Below are positions 48,701 to 59,404 of a stretch of 64,000 nt of DNA, piece by piece (within the stretch, counting starts at the first letter, position 1; every line of letters begins with the position of its first letter). The translations under genes were made by a program, and so were the position numbers. Where the stretch lies: contig JBHGNT010000016.1 in assembly GCA_043228905.1 (NCBI GenBank), forward strand, positions 4,340,001 to 4,404,000, read 5' to 3'. This stretch comes from Azolla caroliniana. Its lineage: Eukaryota; Plantae; Polypodiophyta. Below the pieces are notes generated by a model. That model was not told the origin of the DNA, ran no database searches, and worked only from the letters and a program-made list of their open reading frames with translations.

Positions 48701-49040
48701 TCAGAGATACGACAAGCCCGAGGAGGATCCTTCACACCGGTTCCAGAGACTCCGGCGGTCGGCCCAAAAGCCGGCGTGAGACCTAGAGTGACGATCGGTG
48801 GCGGCGAGGGGACGAAGGCAAAGAGTTGCGAACGGGCGGTCTACGGAGATCCTCACACCAAACCGTCTGTCGGCCCGAGTGTTGGCGTGAGTCCTATAGG
48901 AGAGATCGGTGTTGGCAGGTGAACACGACCAGCCGAGGAGGCCGACGCGGAGGTCGGGAAGACGGCAAGTGGTGCTGCAGCGACCTTACACACACCGGTT
49001 CTAGACACTCCGGCAGCCGACAACAAGGTCCGGCATAGGT
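45722..49040 (+). mobile_element. Element Y: X-like LTR (45722-46516), Trp PBS, diverged gag and repetitive tail; no pol seen
   Basis: LTR termini shared with X (TGTCGTGGAGAAAACC...AACAACGCGACA); ORF 46554 homologous to X Gag N-terminus. Confidence 0.75.
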
Positions 49041-49320
49041 CTTCCAATCTTACTCACTATGACATTAGATGTAGGATCAATTCTAATACCACTATCTACT
49101 AAGGCATCCTATACCAAAATAGTGGGTCGAATATCCTTTTGATCTTTCACTTGCACAATCCTCATACAATGTAATGTCTTTATACTTTGTTGTATAGTCG
49201 ATATACATCCCCATTCCTTTTTTATTGTTGAAGAAGTTGTGGCCAAGTAATGTGCGGTCCACTAGAGATTAACTCTTGCTTGAGATCGAATGGTTCCACA
49301 CTTTTCCCCATAGGCATATT

Positions 49321-52081
49321 TGTTAGGATCATGACCGGCCATAACCGGTTCTACTTTGAATGTTCAAGTGCAAAGAACAAGAAAGCTAGTACACAGACAG
49401 ATAAGTGAGAAAGCAAAAAGATAAGGACAGAGACACAAGGTGTTTTACGTGGAAAACTTGAAAGGGAAAAACCACGGGAGTCCTCGAACTCCGAACTAGA
49501 TCACTAATGATGAGTGTCACAAACAGGTGATTGAGGCTAAATACTAACAGAGAGGGAGGGAGAGCATAAGCAAGAGAACAAGATTGTCACGGACAAGTAG
49601 ACGAGGCTCAATACTAAGAGATGGTGGGAGAGAGAGCATAGACAAGAGAACAAGCAAAAGAGAGAGAGAGAGAGAGAATAGATAGAATCCTAGATGGATG
49701 TAGCTCAGTTGGTAAGATTGCCCAATGGAGACCAGGTGGTCATGAATTCAACCCCTACATTCCAAAGTGGCATCTAGTGAATTAAGAGATATATATGAAG
49801 TATATAATAGAGAGTTGAGGAAATTGGGTTTCAAACCTACGACACAGTGCTTGTAGTGTTAACAACTTACCACTAGGCTAAGGTAAGGTAATTTCGTTAA
49901 AAAAAAGAAAAAAGATAGAAGAACAAGAACTGAATTATGATTTCGTAACTAGTGTTATTCACCTTGATTGTAAACAAGGTGCACCTGAGTATTTATACAA
50001 GAATGTGGAGGTATGAATGAAAGCTAGAAAACTTCTAGAGAGTGCATGAAGATGCATTCTCTAGAAGGTTCTTGAAAGTTCTAGTGATGAATCTACAATG
50101 TATAAGTTGAATCTTATACAATACAAATAATGCATAGATGGATGTAGCTCAGCTGGTAAGGTTGCCCAATAAGACAAGATCATGGGTTCAACCCCCACAA
50201 TTCCATGTGGCATCCTGTCTATGACATTATCCTCCCTCTAAGGCCGCCTCCTAGGACCCGCGGCCAGTTTCTGTGGATAGCGTTCATGAAATGCTTGAAC
50301 TATGTCTGGGGCATGCTTGAGATGGTGTGTCGGGTCCATGTTCCTTCGGAGATCGGGTACCCTTTCCAGAGGACAAGGTATTGAAGTTGGCGATGGAAGA
50401 GACGAGAGTCGAAAATTTGGTCGACCTCATATTCTTCTCTAGTCGAGAGTTGGATTGGTAGTGGAGGAGAAGGACGTCGATTGGGGATTTCAGATATATG
50501 GTGAGGTTCCAAAACAGAGACATGGAATACATTATGAATACAGAAGTGGGATGGTAGCTCTAAGCAGACAACCATGGAACCAATTTTCTCGATGATTCGA
50601 AAAAGGCCTAACTTCTTATGATCAAGCTTTGGACAACGACGAGTGGTGGCAATATTGTGACGGAGAAGCCAAACAAAGTCACCTACCTCGAACCGAGGAG
50701 CATCTAAGCGAAGACAGTCAGCTTGCTCCTTGTAGCATTCGCCAACGAGGGTGAACTCCAAGGAAAGGTCGCAATGTACATTCTCAAAGAGACGTGCCCA
50801 GTCCTCCACAGAAGGATTGACAAAGTTAGAGGGAAGCGAAATGTTGAAGCGGGGATGAACACCGTAGTTTGCAAAAAATGGAGTAACTCTCGTAGAAGCA
50901 TGCAGAGAGATGTTGTAGGCGAACTCAGCAAGTGGGAGAAGGTCAACCCAATTGTCTTGTTGGTAGCTAAGAGAGCACCACAAGTATTGTTCCAGGATTT
51001 GGTTAACCCGTTCCGTTTGCCCATCAGTTTGCGGATGATATGCGGTAGATAGATTCACAATACAACCGGAGGTTTGCAGAAGGTGCCGCCAGAAATTGGA
51101 AACAAATTGTGGTCCTTGATCCGAAGTGATATCATTCGGGAGGCCATGCAGTCGAACCACATTTTTTAAAAACAAATCGACGGTCTCCTCTTCGATAATG
51201 GTTTTGGCACATGCAGCAAAATGAGCCATCTTGGTGAAGCGATCGACCCTGCAAATACCGAGTCATAGCTACTAACCAAGGGAAGTTCAGTGATGAAATC
51301 CATGGAAAGAGAGGCCCAAGGCCATTTGGGGATTGGGAGAGGATGAAGGAGACCATATGGTCAATGATGAGATGCTTTAGAGCGAGCACATACATCGCAT
51401 GACTTAATGAACTCTTAGACCAATTTCCATGGTTGTGGTCACCAGTACGCCTGAGATATCAACTCCAAGGTTTTCGCAACGCTAAAATGACCAACAAGTT
51501 TATCATCATGACACTCGTGGAGCAACCTGGTTCGACACGGACCTTCTGGGACATACAAAAGATTATCCTGAATTGTAAAACGAGCTAAATTGGGCCTTTT
51601 GGGTTCATGGGAGGGGTTTGTGATACTTGCCTTGACCTCTATGGCGAACTTGGCAATCGTAGTGGCTTCGGCTATTTGCTTGAGCAAAGAGTCATCCCAG
51701 AGCAAGCAAGTCGTGAAGTTGTAGAATTGTTCAGGCTTTAACAAACTCTAGGACTGTTGGACATAGGCTTCATCCTCCGGAGTGAGCTCGAACTCAGACC
51801 GATGGGATAAGACATCGACCATCGTGTGTTGAGCGTCGGGTCGAAAGATTATCTCAAAATCATAGTCTACCAAGAAGGTTGACCATCACGCCTGTCTTCG
51901 ATTTAAAGTTCATGTGGTAGAAAAGTATATAAGATTTTTGTGATCGGTAGTCACTTGGATACGGTGTTGCGCCCCGACCAAATAGGGTCTCCATTCTTCA
52001 AACGTAGTAATAATAGTGAGAAGCTCCTTGTCATATATGGGATAGTCGATTTCTAGGGCCGTGAATTTGCAGTAGTACGCC
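49321..52081 (-). mobile_element. Chromovirus 3' remnant: RH, integrase, chromodomain, PPT, 3' LTR (about 49321-50226)
   Basis: TAYHPQTDGQTERVNQ, FHVSVL, YEVDQIFDSR...YLVLWKGY; PPT AGAGGGAGGATAA; left LTR boundary tentative. Confidence 0.82.
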
Positions 52082-53811
52082 TTTTAACTCTTGAACCTTT
52101 CATATCGTGCTTTATTCTTATACACCTTTGCATCCAATGTATTTGCCATGGTCTTTTCTTACGAGCAAAATTTAACTCACACTTCCAAAGCTGGCAAGCT
52201 TCACAAAATTGGGCCTTCCGGCCACTAAATTTCAGCAATCCGAATACCACTTGTTTTGATTGTAGTTCTTGAAGCCTCCCGGTTTCGACCACTCCCGGTT
52301 GCTCCGGTTTCTCTAGATACGATAACCATTCTTCATGGTTCATCATATGATATGATGCTCCGGAGCCAATGTACCACACCTCATCCAATTGTGAGGTGGT
52401 CTTCTTCATCAAGTTTACCTTCTGTTTCATCACAAAGACTGGCCCCTTTCCGGTTTTTCCGGTTCCGGATCCTTCCAATCCTTCAATCTAGTGTGAACTT
52501 TACTGACTCCCTTGTCCGGCCTTGCCGGATCCGGATTTATCTGAATTGGCATGCTTCTTCCAGCACTCACTCTCCTTGTGGCCCTTCTTGCCACAATACC
52601 AACATTCTGCGTCGGCTTTTGCTTGCCAGTTTCCGGTGCCGCCTTGACTCCCCCTACTCCTGGAGGGTTTGGAACTGTTGTCGGCACCACCTCTGTGCCT
52701 CCTTTCCTTCTCTTATCAGCCGCCTCCGTTGCTTGCCAATCTACCTCGTCCTCCATGCCCACGGGGACGATCCACCTCCGTGTACAACATTTGGTTGTTT
52801 GATTGAGTGGTCCGCGACCCACTCACGTGGTTTTCTTGGACCATCTACATTGATTCCAAGTCGAAGAAGGACAATGGCTTCGTCCACCATCACGTTGATG
52901 GACCCTAGTGCGTCGCAAATCTCCTTGATCTTGGTGGTGTAGTCAGTGACCGACATGTCCCTCAGATGTTGGTGAGCTCTTGCCGAAGTTGCAACTTCCG
53001 GCCCGTGCTACTGGCAACGAAAATCCTTTGGAGATTTTCCCATACTTCTTTGGCATTTTCTCGTCTCTGATGTAGCCGAGCATTTGATCGTGCACACAAG
53101 ACGTGAGGCAGTACAACACTCTACTCAATACTTGTTCCCAAGCGGGGAAGTCCTTGTGTGCCGGTTCTGGCGCTACTTTATTTCCTCCTTCCACGTAACT
53201 CCAGTAGTCGTGTCCCAACAGGTACTAGTGCATCTTGTACAACCAAGATGCGTAGTTGCTCCAGTCGAGCTTTTTGTAGGAAGTGAGCTTGCCATGCTTT
53301 TGTCCATATCTTTCTCCTTTCTTTCTATTCTTTACCAGAAGCAGAGGCAATGGCGGCGACCGTCGACCATATAGTGAATGCACGGGAGGGCACACGTACC
53401 CTCGATAGGGCCATAGAAGCGATAGTCGGTATGACAGGCCGGTTCAACGAGAAGGACGTGACAAAATACCTAGAGACCTACAGGGTGTGGTCTGTCTAAG
53501 CGCTTTGGATCGGCAGCAAAGGATTCTCAACCCTCGCACTCCAATACCATGTAAAGAGTTACGTGTAGAAGCTTGTAGACACAACTGGCTCAGCCGGATT
53601 CAACGAGAAGGATGTGACGAAATACCTAGAGACCTACAGGGTGTGGTCTGTCTAAGCGCTTTGGGTCGGCAGCAAAGGATTCTCAACCCTCGCACTCCAA
53701 TACCATGTAAAGAGTTACGTGTAGAAGCTTGTAGACACAACTGGCTCAGCCGGATAGCAACAAAAAATAAAATGAAGGTTTATTGGAAATCTTGAAACAC
53801 ACAGAGAACGT
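52082..53811 (-). mobile_element. Internally deleted copia (C/D lineage) 5' fragment with degenerate PBS and LTR end; contains a short X gag insert (about 53335-53488)
   Basis: GHDYWSYVEG, DYTTKIKEICDALGSI, WYIGSGASYHM; ...AATACCA|TGTAAAG junction. Confidence 0.75.
53443..53754. repeat. Tandem duplication, 2 x 156 bp
   Basis: Units start at 53443 and 53599 with few substitutions. Confidence 0.9.
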
Positions 53812-56800
53812 TGTTGCGTTACTACGCGCGTGCGTGGAGAAACGAGGCGGGACCAACGGGGTCTTGAACCAAAGAGCAGGTGATAGAAGGGGAAAGAGAA
53901 AGAGAGAGACGCTCGGTTACGTATGAGCAAAGAAACACAGGGGCACGGCCCTGTCAACGCAGAAGACACGAATGGACACAGAGACAGAGAGACACGAATG
54001 TTTGTATATTAACGAATCACAAATAAACAACAGAGCACGCGAGCGGTTACAACCGAACAGGCCGGCGAATAGATGCCGATGCCTGCTCGTCTGCGCACGA
54101 AAGGGGGTAGGATGGAGGTGCTGCTGGAAGCACACGGGCGTTCCTCGAAGCAGCGCGAGCCTCCCGAAAACGTGCAGAGAAGAGCGATGGAGAACGAACA
54201 GAGGAGAAGCGTTCGGTTTCGGTCCGACAGCACTTCGTCCTCCTCAATAAATAAAAATGAATGCCCCCTATCTCCCCGCGTCTCCCTCTCTTTTATAGCT
54301 TCAAGAAGGGAGCCGTTTCCCTCATTAACTTCCTACCTACCGAATCTAACTACCTAGGATATGCCCTTGTACCTAATTCTCTATTATACACATTAAAGGG
54401 CGCGCACATGTGAAGAGCCGGTTCACGCGCGCTATGCACCGATTGCGCTAAGGGACGGTTTTCTTCACGACATCCGCCCCCACCTAACTGCGCATCCACC
54501 GGTATGCGCCAAAATTGGGTTCTGGTTGGAGAAAACCGGTCCGGGTTCCGGCTCGTCCTCCGTTGCAGACCGTTCATCGTCGTTGTCCAGGGCTCTTAGA
54601 TCCGGTTCGTCGTCATGGCACTTCTTGAACGCTTTGATCCACTTCCCTGCTACCGGTATCGCCATCCTCGTACCGTCGAGTTCCGCCAGGTGATACGTCC
54701 CGTTGTCGTTGGCGCTCGTTACCACGTAAGGCCCGAACCACCACTTTGCAAACTTTTGTGTTGCCCGGTGCTAGTTGTCGAGGCTGCTGTCGTAGACTAG
54801 CACCCAGTCGCCTTCCTCGATTTTCTTTGGTCGGAGCCGGTGCGTTTGGTCGAACCGGGCTTTGTTCCTCATCCTCGCCGTCCGAAGTCTCTCCGCCGCT
54901 CGTTCCACGTCCTCTGGCCTCCGCTCGAGCTGCCGTATACGCGCCGCTAGCAGTTCTTCCCGGCTCATCTCGTCTCTCCAATCCACTGTCGCCCAAGAGG
55001 AGATCGTTCGTTCCATCGGCATGATCGGCTTCTGTCCGAACATGAGCTCTGACGGCATGAACCCGGTTACCGAACTGTGCGTTGTCCGGTCCGCCCACAA
55101 GGCATAAGGTAACAGTCGCGGCCAGTTCTCGACCTGGCCTCCGCACGCCCGGACTAGCGCTTTGACGATCGGTCCGTGTCCGCGCTCCACCTTCCCGTTC
55201 GCCTCCGGATTGTACGCTGTGGTGAGCGAGAGCTTGACCCCTAACCGTTCGAACACCTCCTCGGCCTCTTCGGCGTCCAACTCCCAGCGGTCAACCACGA
55301 TCTTCCCGACACATCCGTACCGGCATATCACATCCTCGATCAGGAACCGACACACGACCGTGGTCGTTTTGTTCTGCAGGGCTCGGCCTTCCACTTGGTT
55401 TGTCAGGTCTTCCCGGGCCAGCACCAGATATCGCATCTGCCCTACGCCCATCGGCATTGTCACCAAATCTACCATCCATTTGAAGTGGATGGCCGGAGGG
55501 TATGTAGGGTGAAGCTCATCACGATGTCGGACTATGGAGTGTATATGACAGCTCTCACAAGTTGTCACGAACCGATGCACGTCCCGGTACAGTCCCGGCC
55601 ACCAGTACTTCCCCTTTAGTTTCTCGAACGTGGCCCACGTCCCACGGTGTCCAGCCCAGGGGCTGTCGTGGTAGGCCTTCAGCAACTCCTCCTGTTCCTC
55701 CTCCATCGCCACTACTCGGAGCGGGATGTTGTTTCTCTTCTTCGGGTGCTTCCACAAGTATCCGTCCCGGAGAAAGAACCGGTACGCTTTCTTCCAGATC
55801 CGGTTGGCCTCGTCCTTTGTCCATGACGCATCCGGCGTCATCGTCCTTAAGAATCCCCCAATCTGCAGCCACTCCCCGTCGTACTTGCTCTCGTTGAAAT
55901 CGTTAAGCGCCGGAGTGCTCCCCCCCTCGGTTGTTACGTAAGCCACCTCGAAGAAGTCCACGTCGACTTCCTCGTCCTCCGAAACCATGACGCCCTCGTC
56001 GTCGAATCGTGCCCTCGAAAGCATGTCGGCCATGGCATTGTCTTTCCCGGAAATGTGTCGTATTTCCAGATCCAGGGACTTGATGTACGCTATCCACCTG
56101 AGCATTGCCAGGTCTGGGGTTGCGCATCCGGAAACCATGCCGAGAATCGGCAGGCAGTCCGTATCGATACTCACCTCTGTCCCGATCAAATAGTCTTTAT
56201 CGGCCTTCACCGCCGAAACGATACCCCAGAGTTCGCGTTTAACCTAGGCGTATCCTCGATGCCGCTCGTTGAGGACCTTCACGCCGAACCGGATTGGGAA
56301 CCGAATGTCGTCCTCATCTTCTTGGTTCACGACCCATCCGATCCCGGTCAGACTTGTATCTACCGTTATGTAGATGGGAGTGCCTTTCTCGTAGACAGCC
56401 TTCCGGAGTGCCGGAGCTGCAGCAAGAGCCTCCTTCATCTTTCGGACCGACTCCGTATGCTCGTCTCGCCACTCGAATTTTCGCCCCTTTTTCAGCAACC
56501 CGTATAGCGGCTCGGCAACGTGGGCGTAATGCGGGATCCATATGTGGTAGAACGCACATGCTCCCAAGAACCTCTGTACCTCCGTGACCAAGTTACAGTC
56601 GGGCTTCATTGCGGAGATGGCTTCCACCTTAGCCGGAGACGGTTTCCGGCCATACGGTCCGCATAAATGTCCGACGACCATGATCTCTGATTGCCCGAAG
56701 GCCGATTTCTCCCCGGAGAAGGTGAGCCTCGCGTCCTCTAGCCTCTGCAGCACCCTCTCGCAGTCGTCAATGTGTGTCGCCACGAATTTCCGGCATCCAT

Positions 56801-59107
56801 CCGGTCCGATCGTTTCGTCCCTTTCCTCCACCGGACATCCTTTGATCAAGATGTCGTCCAAGAATGGCATGGTGATGTCCGGGATACAATCCCTCAGCAC
56901 CTTGTTCATCGCATTCACCATGTGGGCCACCGAGTTCGTCCCTCCTTGTGGCAGGGTACACATCCGCACTAGGCCGAGAGGAGTCCGCATTGTCGTAATG
57001 TCTCTACTCTCCACGGCTAGTTGGAACTGATCGTACCCCGAGTACAGATCACCGACCGAGTAGATCGACCTTCCGGCGAAGGCCTCCGCAAACTCGTCTA
57101 TCGTTGGTCCGATTCCTGCGTTCCGAATGGTCACTCTATTGACCGATTGCAGGTCTTAAATGAAGCGCAACGTCCCGTTCTTCTTCGGTACGGTAAACCA
57201 CCGGTTCGAGTACGGGGCACTCGACGGTTCGAGGATGCCCATATCGACTTTCTGCCTCAACATCTCCATCAGCTCCGGGATGTGAGCTCTCGATACCAGA
57301 ATTGGTTTGAGATTCCACGGCACATGCGGTACCGTGAATATCACCATCGGCTTCAGGACTATCGGGTCTACGCACCCGATCTCTTCCGGTGAGAATGCGA
57401 AGGCTTTCCCGTGCCTTCCGAGCATTCTCCGAAACCGGTTTCTTCCGCCGGCAGTAGGAACCCGCCCCCATCGATTTTGAGCTCCCGTAGCGTTCTGTCG
57501 GTGAAGGTATGTCCTATGCAGGCCGGATCTCGTAAACTGGGGTCCGACGCGACCCCCTTGATTCGCAACTCGCTGCCCTCCGGTAAGGGTGCCGCGACTG
57601 GCCTTACCTTCCGGTCCACAGTCTTGTACTTCGTGTTAACCCGGGCCGTCCGATCCGACTCGAGCCCTCGACTGAAGTCCGCGATGACTTCGTACATCTC
57701 TTCTGAACAAACCGGTATCATCCGGTCCTCTTTAAGGCCCTCTCTGACCACCTCTCGCAGTATTCCCAAGGTATCGTCGAAGGAGACCGCCTCCACGGCT
57801 CCGTTGATTTCCTCGCTGGGCCCGAGAACTCCGCACGCCCGAAGTCGCTCTTCCGCCCTTGTCTTTTCTCGGCCAACGACGCCGACTATCGTACACCCTC
57901 CCTCCGTTGTCGAAGAAACAAAACTTCCTACTTATGGTACAAGGTTTCTTCAGTTTTGCCTCTATCGTACATTTGTGGGGTTTTCCCGGAGTGTCCGGAC
58001 TATCGCGGCCCCACGCCTTGACAGCCCTCTCTAAAAATCCTCTCGGTTCTCGCCACCGAGGGACTCGCGGTTTCGCTCGTGGTTCGGTCGCACCGTTAGG
58101 AACTGGACCGAATGACGCTCATCCTGACTCTTGACCCTCGCGTAAGCCGACCCGTTGTCCAACACCTTGGTCTCCATCCGCGTTGCCGTAATGTACGGTT
58201 CTCCCAGTATGACCGGGTGCGAGGACGTCTCCTGCACAAAGAAGTGTTGGTCTATCTCGTCGTCGTCAATCTTGACTCGCACGTTTGGGGAGGCCTCGTG
58301 TAGTTCCTCGGTGGCGCGCGTCGCTGCCCGTATCTTCCACCCGTGCTTGGTGTTGATCGGCCATTTCCCCTTCTTGTAGAAGTCCATGGACATCAGGTTT
58401 ATTTCCGAACCATGGTCCACCAACGCCACCACCGGTTCCTGAACATCTCCGATCTTCACCGGGGTTTCTGTGGTCGCTCGGGCCCAGTGTGGCCTCGAAT
58501 AGTGGCTCTCCGCCCACTCGTCTTCCAGCGCCATGTCCTCTATGTGCGTCGTCCGCACCTCCACCGGCCTTTCCGGTTCTGTCTTCGTCGACAGCCTCTT
58601 CCTCTTCACCAAGTCTACGATGGAGTCGTGGAACTCCTTCTTGGCGATTCTGAGCCCCTCCCGCAACGACAGTTCCACCTTGCTGTCAAGGATTCGTTCT
58701 TCCAAGACCTTTCGTAGGTCTGTAGTCCTTTCGATCTCCGTGCCCAACTGGTATCCGCCCTTCTTGTGGTTATCCCGGGCACTGGTCTCACCGGCCTCGT
58801 TCTGTTTCGGCCCGAATCGGGTTTCGTATCTCTGTGAGGGTCCGGCCCCTCCGGTTTTACCTACCCGTTTTTCTTCAACCAGAGCCTCGTAATTCTGGCA
58901 AGCTGCTTCGACGAAACCCATCTTTTCTTTGACCAGGTCACTCCACCCGGTTACCTCCTGGACCCGCTTCTCTGCGCGGTCCTACCTACCGAATCTAACT
59001 ACCTAGGATATGCCCTTGTACCTAATTCTCTATTATACACATTAAAGGGCGCGCACGTGTGAAGAGCCAGTTCACGCGCGCTATACACAGATTGCGCTAA
59101 GGGACGG
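53812..59107 (-). mobile_element. Family X copy 2: 3' LTR 53812-54472, degenerate pol and protease, gag deleted, 5' LTR remnant 58981-59107
   Basis: ORFs 54771-56210, 56244-57134, 58031-58921; 58981-59107 repeats about 54332-54458. Confidence 0.9.
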
Positions 59108-59343
59108 TGTCGTGAAGAAAACCGTCCACAAGCGGAATCGGTGCGCCGGAGCGTAGGAACCGGCTCTTCATGCACGTGCGCCTTATGTTGTACATAGGAG
59201 ATCCTAGGCAGGTAGATTCGGTAGGTAGGAAGTAAAGGGGAAACGGCTCCTTCCTTGCCTATAAAAGGAGAGAGACGAGGGGGGGGGGCGAGGGGATCGC
59301 AGAGAGTCGAGGACGAAATGCTATCGGTCTGTGGGCGGAAGGC

Positions 59344-59404
<61 letters not shown>

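Noticed and set aside
49040-49320. Possible minus-strand retropepsin remnant (ALVDSG)
   Set aside because: Single short motif next to a stop; insufficient support
49696-50204. Functional tRNA genes
   Set aside because: A/B boxes present but no convincing anticodon arm or full cloverleaf
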